A stretch of DNA of 61,361 nucleotides, filler included, from 3 parts of 3 records of this genome joined end to end with filler, not necessarily neighbours in it, one strand, 5' to 3'. Positions 11,887 to 22,931 are shown, counted from the first letter of the whole stretch. Notes: generated from the sequence alone by a model not told the origin. Made by a program: numbers and translations.

Positions 11887-14668
11887 ATGGCACTGTTGCT
11901 GAGACGCATTGGAACCTCCACCATCACAACTGGCACGCGTTCTTTGTCCACGCTTGCGGGAACCCAGGAAGATTCCCAGTTTGTGATTGTGGGAGGGTAT
12001 GGCGCTGTGCTATTTGCACTAAGTTCACTACAACTGACCCTTTCTACAGTGGCATTATCGGCCTTGCCACAGCGTATCAGCTTGGCAAGCTCGGTCATGG
12101 AAAGCGGGTCACAGTACTCGAGGCCAACACCTTGACTAGTGGAACCACTTGGCATGCCGCCGGCCTAGTCACCGTTTTCAAGGGTACGAAGGGAGGCATG
12201 CGTTCATTTCCCCCTCTCATGTTCTCTCTGCTCAGGTCACCCTGCTATGGTCGAGATGTGCAAAGTGGGAGCGCATTTATACCCAACATTCGTGGATGAA
12301 GATGGAAACAACGTTGTGGGTTGGAAGAACACTGGGTCGCTCACAGTAGCTAGGACTGCTGATCGATGGAAGGGCCTCCAGCGCACGCAGTCGGTTCTCA
12401 AGGACTTGGGTGTGGACTACAAGATCTTGTCTAAGGAAGAGCTGAAGGATCTGTATCCACTGATGGATACTGATGTTGTGCATGGTATGTGCAATTGGGA
12501 GGTGATGTGCTGTTGACACGCTGACTTGCCTTGATGCAGCTGCTGGATTCGTACCCGCGGATGGGCTGGTGAATCCATCCGATGTTGCTTTGTATATGGC
12601 CTCAGAAGCGAAGAAAATGGGTGCCCGCATTATCGAGAACTGCCCTGTTCAAAGCCTCAAGCAGACCCCCGATGGATTGAAGGTCACCGAGGTTGTGACC
12701 GAATCTCACGGTTCGTTCCTATGTGACAAGCTTCTTCTCGCATGTGGTCAATGGACCCCCGAAGTCGCTGCGATGGCTGATGTTGCCGTGCCGTTGTCTA
12801 CTGTGCCTCATCAGTACCAGGTGACAGACGTGATTGATGGTGTTACCGATAACACTCCGATCATTCGTGACTATGACGGACGCATTTACATCAAGCCAGA
12901 AGTCGGCGGACTTGTCGTGGGTGAATTCGATGCGCACCCCAAGCCCGTTCCCGGATGGCGTGACACCGTTCCAAAGTTGGCCTACCATCTACTGGAAGAA
13001 GATTATGAACGCACCATCAATGGATTGGAACATGCTATGAGCCTGATTCCAGCAATCGGGGAGACTGGTCTTAAGCGTGCTCTCCACGGCCCGGATGCCC
13101 ATACTCCCGACCACGAGATAATTATGGGGCCTGCCCCCCGCAAGGACAATGTATTCGTCGCGGCGGGATTCAACTCCCAAGGCATCCAGAGTGCTGCTGG
13201 CGTGGGATTGGCAATGTCTGAATGGATGATTCATGGAAATCCTCAGAGCTTTGTGTCGGACTTTTTTGAGCTCGATCTTCGCCGATTCGATCCTGAAATT
13301 GCGGCGGACCGCCAGTGGTGTGAAGACCGTGCGCTTGAAGGATATTCCATGCTATTCCCCATCCACTGGCCCGGACATGAATTTCATACGGGCCGAGACA
13401 GGAAGCTATCGCCCCTTCATAGTAGGATGAAGAATCATGGCGGTGTGTTTGGACAGAGTTTTGGTTGGGAGCGGCCGAATTGGTTTGCGCCTGAAGGCAC
13501 TCTTGGGGAGGACACATTCTCGTGGGATCACACACGTGTGAGCTGGCATGATCATGTGCGTAATGAGCATCTTAATACTCGCAACCATGCCTCCGTATTC
13601 GACTTGTCCATGTTTGGAAAGTTTGTGATTCACGGCCCTGAAGCCGACAAGGCCGCTCGCTGGCTTTTCGCGAATGATACGGACAAGCCCGTGGGCAGCA
13701 TAATCTACACACAAATGCTCGACAAGAATGCCGGCATCCGGAGCGATCTTACGGTGACTCGGACTGCCGAGGATAGCTTCTATTGCGTGATTGGAGCAGG
13801 CGTGGTAGAGCACGATTGGCAGTGGATGCGGCAGCAGATTGCGTCCAATGGATTCCGCGCCCACCTGTCGGATATAACTCAAGACCGCGGCGTTCTTTCT
13901 CTGATGGGTCCAAATGCGCGCCTAATCCTGGAAAGTGTTTCGTCAGACGATGTCTCAAATGCCGTCATGCCTTTCGGAACAAGCAAGATGATATCGATTG
14001 GGGGTCGGCCCGTAAGAGCTCTCAGGGTGTCGTATGTCGGAGAACTTGGCTGGGAGTTGCACGCCGAGAATGATGACATGGGCGTGATTTTTGACGCCAT
14101 CTGGCATGCTGGCAGGCAGTACAACCTCGCCCCTGCCGGATACCGTGCAATGAACACCCTTCGCATGGAGAAGAGATACGTCCACTGGGGCCATGACGTG
14201 ACGCCCCTCGAGAATCCGCTCGAGGCCGGTCTTCTCTTTGCTACAAAAGTGAAAACGGACACCGATTTCTTGGGACGTGATGCATTGCAACGAGCGCGCG
14301 AGACTGGGGCAAAGAAGCGTCTGGCGACGTTCACGGTGGACACCGAGCCAGGAATGTCATTATGGGGACGGGAAGTACTGTACCGCAATAATGAGAAGGT
14401 TGGCTATCTCACCAGCGTCGGATACGGCCATTCCTGCGACAAATTCGTGGGCTTTGGATTCGTCGAGGACCCCGCAGGAGGTAGTGTAAACAAGAAGTTC
14501 GTGGAGGCCGGTGAGTACGAGGTTGAGGCGTTCGGACAACGCCTCGAGGCTTCCGTGGTCCCGGGCGGGGTTGTGTATGACCCTAAAATGCATCGCATGA
14601 AGGAAACCGGTGAGGAAACAATCTTCACCGCCCCTCTTGTGAGAAACACCACAAAGGCATTCGAGTAA
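11887..14668 (+). CDS. Sarcosine/dimethylglycine dehydrogenase family (DAO FAD domain + GcvT domains), likely mitochondrial; introns 11997-12049, 12184-12235, 12485-12539
   Basis: Spliced VIVGGGIIG FAD motif, LTSGTTWHAAGLV covalent-flavin motif, GWERPNWF, RVSYVGELGWELH and LRMEKRY. The N-terminus looks like an Arg/Thr/Ser-rich transit peptide. Confidence 0.9.
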
Positions 14669-14706
14669 ACAAACACCACACCTTAAACCGGAACATGAGA
14701 ATATTA

Positions 14707-15573
14707 TTACAGACCGACTTCAACCACCGTGACCTCAAACTTCAAGGTGGAATTGGGGGGAATCTTGGCACCAGAGTGGCCCTCCTTGCCTGGAAAGTAC
14801 GTTAGTCACAGCTAACCTCAGACTTTACTCAATAAGTCTGCTTACCGTAGGCATGCTCCGGCGGAATAATAACCTCCGCCTTCTCGTGCAAACACATACC
14901 AACCAACGCCTCATCAAGACCCTTGATCATGGCTCCGGTTCCAACCTACAGAATCCCCTTCCTTAATTGCCAAGTTACCGATATATCACACAACAGTATC
15001 ACCTTCACGCGAAGAGGCTCCTGCTTCTTCTTTTTCTTGTTGTAGGAGCTGTCAAATACCATCCCACCCTCAGGAGTACCATCATGGATACATCCCCAGT
15101 ACTCAATCTTGATGGTCTCACCCTTCTTGACGAAGTTGATCTTGTCTCCTTTCTTAAGAATATTCTTGTCGAAATACTTGACATCCTTCTTGTCCGCAGC
15201 AGAAGAAGATGACTCGGCGGCGGCGGCCTCCTGGTATTGTTGAACATAGTTAAATATCTTCCAACTCGTCAAATAAGTGCAAACTTACGGCTTCCTGCTT
15301 AGCCTCAAGCTTGGCCTTCTTTTCGAGTTCAAGAGCCATAAGAGCCTCCTCTTTCTCTGCCTGGGAGCACCAGGCCTTCTTTTCTACCATCTCCTTGTAG
15401 CAGGCAACAAGCTCGTCCTTCTTCCTTGACTTAGCGATTGCTTTGGCTTGCCCATGCACCTTGTGGGCCTGAAGGAGCTCAAGGGTGGCATGGGCCTGGA
15501 GATGGTCCACAAGCTCCTTCTTGCCAACCTCTTCGACTTCGGCATCAGTCCAACGATCGGGTTTATCTGCCAT
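14707..15573 (-). CDS. FKBP3: FKBP25/FKBP3-like peptidyl-prolyl isomerase with N-terminal BTHB domain; introns 15231-15288, 14946-15002, 14790-14845
   Basis: N-terminal WTDAEVEEVGKKELVDHLQAHA...KKDELVACY resembles the BTHB domain. The FKBP domain reads ILKKGDKINF...VFDSSYNKKKKKQEPLRVKVGTGAMIKGLDEAL...AYG...IPPNSTLKFEV. Confidence 0.85.
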
Positions 15574-15619
15574 GCTGTGACTTTAGAGAACAATAAAATT
15601 TCTTCGAGCCGCAGGGGAA

Positions 15620-16300
15620 TTAATTAAATAACTGACAGCTGTCTTGAACAGAGTGGCATGATGTCAAAGTGCAGCCTAAGGAGTGTGTGTGTACGGGTCG
15701 GGTGGTAGTGGAGACTGGGGGAGGGGGGTTAGGATCGGCCGGATCAGTCCAGCAGCTGGAGATGTCTCGGAGAGCCTCCGGCCGCGGGGCCGCGACCGGT
15801 CCGCGCGGCGGCGCCGGGCCCCCGGCGTCGGGCCTGCCGGTCGCTCGCGGCTCGGCTGGCGCGGCGGCCCGGGCGGCTGTGATCGAAGGGTTCATTTTCC
15901 GCTCGGCTTCCGGGTCCGGGTCTATTTTTCTAAATTTAGAACACTGACACCCGTTCCGGACCGTACCGTCTTGCAGGCGGCGTCGGCCTTCACTACGCTT
16001 CTCAGGCCCGTCCCTGCGGCACCGTTTCTTGGCCTTCCGTTCGTGACTGCACACAGTGGCGTTCGGAATCGCTCCCGGGGACCGTTCCGGGGACCGTTCC
16101 AACTCCATGGTCCACTAGTGAGCCGGTCACAGTTCGCACCCCAGCCACCTGCCACGCCACCTGCGACTACATTTACCTTTGAGTATGAACACTGGCCATC
16201 GACCAAAGTGTGCGTCAGTGACCTAGTATTAGTGGTCTGAGCTTAAGAATCCAGACAGCCTCCTAGACTAGATTTCCCGGTCTTCCTCGGCCAGAGATAC
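15620..16300. promoter_or_regulatory. GC-rich divergent intergenic island (FKBP / ankyrin gene)
   Basis: Same architecture as the other two divergent spacers, with an AT core at about 15920-15945. Confidence 0.45.
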
Positions 16301-16457
16301 CAACGAACTCACCCGTCGGTGTCGTAGATTCACAGGACCCAAGGTTGACGTGGACTCTCCATGTTGTTACGCATCCGACTCCGTCGGATTTAACGCATTT
16401 CACGCAACTTTCTGGTTCGCAACTGAAAGCGCCATCAGGCCAACAAGTAGAGCCAGA

Positions 16458-17497
16458 ATGGGAGATATTGCAGCCTTCGTGTTGACCAACAGAGACCTAT
16501 TGAATTTTATTTTCAAATGCCAAAAGTTGTTAGAACTGCCTGGAAAACGTGTTGGTATGTTGACTACCATATGGTTACTCCCAGCCCTTGACTGATCACC
16601 AGTCTATGTAGTGACTTATCATGATTTCACTTCAGGTGATATGGCAGCTAACATGGGGCACATATCACTGATGAAGTCAAAGTACTCCGAACGGGAGAGC
16701 TCTCAACATCAAACATACGGAATGGAATATAGTGAAAATGTCGTAGATGGAGTTGCTGGAAGAGGTTGCCTTTTTGGGCTGAAGTACCTTCTGGAAGAAC
16801 TTCGGTTCCCAGTGACTATCCGCACTCTTGCATGTGCAGCGGAGGCTGGTCATCTTCCTGTGGTGAAATATCTTCACTTTAATCACTCCGCACCGACAAC
16901 AGTAAGGGCAATGGACAGGGTAAGGATTTATTAACGATCCCTTAAGGACTGCTGCCTTACCAAGCTACAATCGACTTTTCAGCACTAACTTTAGTTTCGC
17001 CTAGGCCGCAGCAAATAATCATCTAGACGTTGTGAAGTTTTTGCACGAAAATCGAAGTGAAGGATGTACATCAGCGGCGATGAACAGGGTCGGTGATGTG
17101 TGTGCAGTTCCAACAAGGTAGCCTTTAATACAATTCGACAGGCTGCTAAAAATAACCACCTAGATGTTGTAAAGTGGCTATGGAGAAACCGGAGAGAGGG
17201 ATGCACAGAGTATGCTCTTATCGATGCCGGTTTGTTTTCAGGCTACATGTAGGCAGATGTCTCCTTGTTGATACTATTTTGGTGAACAGCTGGTCTTGGG
17301 CATGGTGAAATGGTGGAGTTCTTGATTTGCGAGGTAATGGCCTTTGATATTTCTGTGGATGTCATTGGACTTGCCATGAAGCGGTAAGGACTGAGCGTGT
17401 TGATCAGACCTTCGTACTAAATGAAAACAACGTCAGAGCTGAGCGGAATGGACATTGCATTGACATTAAGGGCATCATCTCTCGAGGAGCCAACTGA
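16458..17497 (+). CDS. Ankyrin-repeat protein, 6 exons; introns 16555-16611, 16920-17004, 17089-17141, 17230-17289, 17384-17436
   Basis: Spliced repeats AAEAGHLPVVKYLH, AAANNHLDVVKFLHENRSEGCT and AAKNNHLDVVKWLWRNRREGCT. All introns are GT-AG and keep frame. Confidence 0.8.
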
Positions 17498-18811
17498 CTA
17501 ATGCTCAGGCGCCATCTACCCAGTGTCAGTGCGGTGTTCAAATAATGCGTTGTCAGAGAAAAGTCTTGTAGTGGGCTTGCTCTATAGAATTGCTACGTGT
17601 TAAAGTAATGGTAATGCAGTGACCAGGTGGAAGGAAGATGGGACTCTTTCCGCCATGTATTATCAACATAATATATGCGTATCACCGTAGTTGCGGAAGT
17701 TGTGAATTTGCTTGGGTTGGTCAAGCCGAGTTGCTCTTTGTAGATCGCGCTGCGTGTTGGCAGTGCTCATGGGTCCTCGTGGGGCATCCACAGGCCGGTA
17801 TGGCTTACGTGTTGGTTTCTGGAACCTTGAGTAGTAGGCACGGCAGATTCCCTTTTCAATTCAAGGCAGCCCGTAGGCTATGATCTAAGGCTGGGACTGG
17901 CAAAATGAACCGACTTCCAAGCATCTCGTAAGATTATATATATATGTATATTGCAATTGGTGTATATGTTCAGAGTGTGACTACACTGGCAGTAACACTC
18001 CGTGCAAAGCAAAGAACAGTGGTTGTGAGGCCACCTCAGGCCATTCCCAACAAAGCCCAACGCACTGTTGCGGCGCCATTGACATCTCTGTCAAGCATGA
18101 GCCCGCGCCGTGGGCATTTGTAGACCCGACCTAGTGAATCCTAGCTTGTTTGAAGATGGCTGCTCCGAGCGGCATGTCGATCTTGGACGTGTACCGCCCT
18201 CCTTTAGTTATCACTTCTGCGCCTAGTGCCCTTCTCTTTAATTGACCGCCTTGCTCTAATTCCTTGCTATGGAGCTGGTCGTTGTGATAGGCCAGCCGGG
18301 TGATGCCCCCCATATCGTTCTTGCCAAACTCAACGGAAATTCGTGGCCTCTGTTAACACCACTTTGAGAGTACGCTGTCATGAAAGTGTGACGCCCGCCA
18401 GCGGGGACCAAGCCGGCACGGCACACAAACGAGTCCCTGGGCCCTTGGTTCTCGTCCCCGAGCCTGGCTTTCAGGACCGGGCTCAACCGATTTGGTACGT
18501 GGAGGCACTACTAGCAGTCGGACTTACGGACCAGCCCGTGGAAAGTCAGGGAGCCGGGGGGGATCCGCGTGACCCAGCCCCAACCAGCAGTACTGCACTT
18601 GTTGATTTGCACTCAGATTGATCAGTGCCGGTGGTGGGTCCGACTGATCAGTATTCGATCTTCAATCAATCATGAGCCTATGCGGTCATGCATGGTGTAT
18701 CATACTGACACTCACCCCACGGCAACTGAGCAGGGTTCGAATGTGGCACAGAATCAGGGTGCGTTAACATATGGTGGTGGTGGGTCCGACTCGATGGGTG
18801 TCAGTCATGAA

Positions 18812-18911
18812 NNNNNNNNNNNNNNNNNNNNNNNNNNNNNNNNNNNNNNNNNNNNTTAATTAATTAANNNNNNNNNNNNNNNNNNNNNNNNNNNNNNNNN
18901 NNNNNNNNNNN
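18812..18911. other. Artificial contig-joining spacer (44 N + TTAATTAATTAA + 44 N)
   Basis: Six-frame stop linker at 18856-18867; organism and composition change across it. Confidence 0.98.
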
Positions 18912-19275
18912 TGACGGATGAGGGGTTTGGGTTGATGGGGTGTTCGGTTATTTGGTTATTAGTTGATGGGTCAAGGGGAAAAGGTAAAGGGTGAAGGGTA
19001 AAGGGTGAAGGGTGAAGGGTGAAGGGTTAAAGGTTCTCGAATTGACAATTGCCAACTGCTTACTGCTCACTGTTCACTGCATACTGACAACTAACTCCTG
19101 CCCACTGCCCACTGACTTCTGACTTCTGACTTCTGACTTCCACTTTTATGTCTTTTGTCTCATGTCTTGGTTCTTGAATCTTATATCTGATTTCTAGACT
19201 ACTGGCAATTGTTCATTGTTCACTGCCTACTGGCGACTGCCTACTGCCTACTGACTCCTGTCCACTGAATTCTAA
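18912..19275. repeat. Mosaic of period-7 short tandem repeats (AGGGTGA, NNNACTG, ACTTCTG, TCTNNNN)
   Basis: Directly visible, e.g. ccaactg cttactg ctcactg ttcactg catactg...acttctg x4. Confidence 0.85.
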
Positions 19276-19322
19276 CTTCTTTTAATTAACTTGTTTGCCC
19301 ATACCAACCCTAAAGCAACACA

Positions 19323-20621
19323 ATGAAAAAAATAGCTCTGCTCATCTTACTCGCTTCATTTGCCTATACATCCACTGCCCAAGAATATCAGCCTTCCAAA
19401 GAAAATCTTGAGAACCGGGAATGGTTTCAGGATGCCAAATTCGGTATGTTTATCCACTGGGGCGTGTATTCCGTATTGGGTCAACACGAATGGGTGATGG
19501 AAACCGAGTCCATCGATGTGAAAACCTACGAGAAATTACCTGCGTTTTTTAATCCTACCGAATTTAATGCAGAAGAATGGGTGTTATTGGCAAAATCCGC
19601 AGGGATGAAGTACATCACTATTACCTCCAAACACCACGATGGCTTTGCTATGTTCGATAGCCAATTGTCCGATTGGGACATTATGGACCGGACCGTGTAC
19701 CAGAAAGATGTGATACAACAAATGGCCGAGGCCTGCAGAAAACACGGTTTAAAGTTGTTTTTGTACTATTCTCAACTGGATTGGCACCATAACGATTACT
19801 ACCCCCGAGGCGATACGGGCAACAAAACAGGAAGGCCGGACAGCGGAAATTGGGAAAAATATCTGGAGTACATGAACGGTCAACTTACGGAACTTTTAAC
19901 CAACTACGGGGATGTTGGCGGTATTTGGTTTGATGGTTGGTGGGACAAAAAAGAGGCCGACTGGCAACTTCGCAAAACGTATGATTTGATTCATAAACTG
20001 CAGCCTCAAGCGATGATTGGCAGCAACCACCACCAAGCACCAAACCCAGGAGAGGATTTTCAAATGTTCGAACGTGATCTGCCCGGAGAAAACAAGGGCG
20101 GGTATAGCGCAGAGGCCACAGTAGGGAAATTACCATTGGAAACCGCTGAGACCATGGCACACCGATGGGGATTTTCGCTGCAGGACAAGGCGTATAAATC
20201 TTCCAAGGAACTCATTCAATATTTGGTGAAGGCGGCAGGATACAATTCCAACTTTTTGCTCAATGTTGGGCCTATGCCGAACGGTAAAATTCAGCCTGAG
20301 TTTGTGGAGACCTTGAATGTTATCGGAGAATGGACAGATACCTATGGTGAAACCATTTATGGAACTAGAGGAGGCCCCATTTCGCCACAGAGTTGGGGCG
20401 TATCCACTCAAAAAGACAACAAAATCCACCTTCATATTATGGACTGGAAGACCGACACCTTCTTTTTTCCGACCATTGAGGGAAATATTAAAAGTATAAT
20501 CAATTTTCAAACCAAGAAAAAATTGAAGCACAGCACCAATTCCTACGGAACCTTGGTAGAACTCCCAGAAAACCGGGATTACGACCAAGCGGATTTTGTC
20601 ATCGAAATAACTCGAAAATAA
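19323..20621 (+). CDS. Alpha-L-fucosidase, GH29, secreted
   Basis: WFQDAKFGMFIHWGVYS, TSKHHDGFAMF, IWFDGWW and FLLNVGPMPNG motifs; signal peptide. Confidence 0.93.
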   Translation: MKKIALLILLASFAYTSTAQEYQPSKENLENREWFQDAKFGMFIHWGVYSVLGQHEWVMETESIDVKTYEKLPAFFNPTEFNAEEWVLLAKSAGMKYITITSKHHDGFAMFDSQLSDWDIMDRTVYQKDVIQQMAEACRKHGLKLFLYYSQLDWHHNDYYPRGDTGNKTGRPDSGNWEKYLEYMNGQLTELLTNYGDVGGIWFDGWWDKKEADWQLRKTYDLIHKLQPQAMIGSNHHQAPNPGEDFQMFERDLPGENKGGYSAEATVGKLPLETAETMAHRWGFSLQDKAYKSSKELIQYLVKAAGYNSNFLLNVGPMPNGKIQPEFVETLNVIGEWTDTYGETIYGTRGGPISPQSWGVSTQKDNKIHLHIMDWKTDTFFFPTIEGNIKSIINFQTKKKLKHSTNSYGTLVELPENRDYDQADFVIEITRK

Positions 20622-20807
20622 GCCCTTGAAAAACCTAAAAAGGTCGTTCTAACCAATTTTATGTTTATTTTAGCACCTGTCAGTCCATAAGCGACCTTAC
20701 TGCGCAAATGTAACCCCATTACATTTTAACACCTTTGGGTGTATACGTCATGGCCAAGAGCCCGTTGACAATTTTACTATTTTAATTTTTTTAGAGACTT
20801 ACTTAAA

Positions 20808-21926
20808 ATGAAAAAGGGCATCAAATTAGTTCTAGTCATCCTAGGTTTTTTAGTATTAGTTGTGGTCATCCAATTTTTAGTCATCAAAAAATTGGACAAA
20901 AATATTATGAATGTCAAACAATTTGCTGAAATTCCTGAGAATCGGGGAATCCCCAAAAAACTCCCATCGATTTTTATGGACAGCTCCAGGTTTTTCGTCA
21001 AACTTCCTTTAATTTCAAACGATACCATTCTGGCATATTGCGACACTGGCGGCGGGTTTTCAATGGTTCTACCAAGAGTCACAGAACAGGAGCACATAAA
21101 TCCGTATGTAAAAACCGGGCTTTTAAAAGGGGTGATGCCTTTTAACTATGTACTGTTCAATGATATCGTAGACAATCCCGATATACCACGTCCCTACCCT
21201 ATGCGGAACTTTATCGTACGCACACCTTTCAGTCCCGTAAAAGAATCATTTTTAATAATTCCCCCAATGGATGGAGAGCTAAAAATGGTATCGGAAAAAG
21301 TTCCTGAAATGGATGCTTTTCTTGGACAAGGCTTTTTTATGGGGAAATCCTGGACCATAGATTACCCAAATCAGGACATTTGGACCAACACACCTTTGGG
21401 AGCAAAGGATTTATCTAACCCCGATGTACAAAAAATCGGATTAAAAAAGAACGAACAAGGCTCCGTTGTTTTTGGGCACCCCAGTATGGAAATTATTGTT
21501 GATGGAGAGCCGATTGATGTGCTTTTTGATACCGGTGCCAGCTTTGTGCTCTCCGATGAGGGTAAAAAATTGTTAAATACCCAATCAGAGACCATGGGCG
21601 GTTCCTTCATTGCTTCTTCAATCTTTGAGCGTTGGAAAAAGAATCATCCCGATTGGAAAATTTATCCCGCCTCGGATTTGGACAGGGATATCATCGAAGT
21701 GCCAGTGGTCAAAGTAGGTACGCACGAAATAGGACCTGTGCTCTTTGCCAGACGAAAGGATGAAATTTGGTCAGAAAGTATGGTACATTCCATGGATAAA
21801 ATAGTTAAAGGAGCCATAGGCGGTTCCCTGTTAAAGCACTTTAAAGTTACCATAGATTACAATTCACAATTGATAAAGTTTGATCACACCCCAAAGGCCA
21901 CTCCTTCTGCTACCAATAGCGAATAA
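20808..21926 (+). CDS. Membrane-anchored protein with two retropepsin-like aspartic protease motifs
   Basis: YCDTGGG...AFLGQGFF and LFDTGAS...GAIGGSLLKHFKVTIDY; N-terminal TM helix. Confidence 0.7.
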   Translation: MKKGIKLVLVILGFLVLVVVIQFLVIKKLDKNIMNVKQFAEIPENRGIPKKLPSIFMDSSRFFVKLPLISNDTILAYCDTGGGFSMVLPRVTEQEHINPYVKTGLLKGVMPFNYVLFNDIVDNPDIPRPYPMRNFIVRTPFSPVKESFLIIPPMDGELKMVSEKVPEMDAFLGQGFFMGKSWTIDYPNQDIWTNTPLGAKDLSNPDVQKIGLKKNEQGSVVFGHPSMEIIVDGEPIDVLFDTGASFVLSDEGKKLLNTQSETMGGSFIASSIFERWKKNHPDWKIYPASDLDRDIIEVPVVKVGTHEIGPVLFARRKDEIWSESMVHSMDKIVKGAIGGSLLKHFKVTIDYNSQLIKFDHTPKATPSATNSE

Positions 21927-22003
21927 ATAAAATGAAGATTGTTTCATTTTGATGTAACTTCGTAAGATGCTATTTTCTTTATCGAAGATAAATTGATTCA
22001 ACC

Positions 22004-22828
22004 TTGGAACAACTCTTCAAAATATTTAGGTACACCACCGAAGATGCCAAAGCTCTGGAAATCAAACAAATCGAAACACATGTCCACGATTTTGAAGAAT
22101 TGATCATTGGCGCCAAAGGAAAGATTTCCCATTTCATTGATTTTGAGGACGAAACGGTCTACGCTCCGTTTGTTAGTTTTGTTACCAAAGGAAAACCCCA
22201 CCAGTTGCTCCCTCAAACACACCAAGGGGAGTGCGACCTTTGGGTTATCCGTTTCCGAAGTGAATTTATGTCAGAGGTGATTTTTAAGATGTACGGCTAT
22301 TTTCACAACCGTGCCAACGTCACGCTTCCCGGAGACCAATGTTTTGACAGGCTTATGGCATTGTGCCAAATGATGTATGACGAAACCCAACGTCCCGATC
22401 CAGGGCTCATCGTCATAAAACAATTGTTTATGACCTTGCTTACCATCATCAACCATGAAAGGCCCACTAATATTAAATCCGATTCTGCAAATTCCGCCTC
22501 AGAGACCTATACTCATTTTCTGCATATTTTGGAAGATAACTTCCGACGGAACGTTAAAATTTCATTCTATGCTGAAAAGCTTTTTATGAGCGAGCGTAAC
22601 CTCAATATTGTATGTCAGGAGGTAATGCAACAAAGTGCAGGCGAAATTATTGAGACACGAAAGCTGAACGAAGCAAAAAACCTTTTGGTGAACAGCAATA
22701 AGACCATTTCAGAAATTGGTTTCGAAATCGGGTATAATGAAAAAGCTTATTTCTCCAAGGTCTTTAAACGAAAAACAGGTTACACACCAACCATTTTCCG
22801 AAAAGAAATGAAACAGCTCATTTCTTAA
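22004..22828 (+). CDS. AraC family transcriptional regulator
   Basis: C-terminal HTH: AKNLLVNSNKTISEIGFEIGYNEKAYFSKVFKRKTGYTP; TTG start. Confidence 0.92.
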   Translation: MEQLFKIFRYTTEDAKALEIKQIETHVHDFEELIIGAKGKISHFIDFEDETVYAPFVSFVTKGKPHQLLPQTHQGECDLWVIRFRSEFMSEVIFKMYGYFHNRANVTLPGDQCFDRLMALCQMMYDETQRPDPGLIVIKQLFMTLLTIINHERPTNIKSDSANSASETYTHFLHILEDNFRRNVKISFYAEKLFMSERNLNIVCQEVMQQSAGEIIETRKLNEAKNLLVNSNKTISEIGFEIGYNEKAYFSKVFKRKTGYTPTIFRKEMKQLIS

Positions 22829-22931
22829 AAGTACAACGTTTCTTCCCAAACGTATTACCCACTACCTCTAAATATATCCAACCTTTGTGGCAGAAACATA
22901 CCATCTAAACAGGGTATGCAGGTATACTCCA

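Noticed and set aside
639-17436. Stop-codon reassignment or frameshifts explaining the broken eukaryotic ORFs
   Set aside because: Canonical GT-AG introns restore frame in every case, and TAA, TAG and TGA are all used as terminal stops.
18725-18765. GGTTCGAAT as a tRNA T-arm
   Set aside because: No T-stem pairing or cloverleaf can be built around it.
18569-18911. ORF running into Ns; TTAATTAATTAA palindrome as a biological site
   Set aside because: It is a synthetic six-frame stop linker, repeated identically at 33858-33869.
18975-19032. (AGGGTGA)n as a telomere repeat
   Set aside because: It lies on a bacterial contig, is degenerate, and is part of a larger heptamer mosaic.
17500-20621. 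Apparent bacteria-to-eukaryote horizontal transfer junction
   Set aside because: The junction coincides exactly with the artificial spacer.
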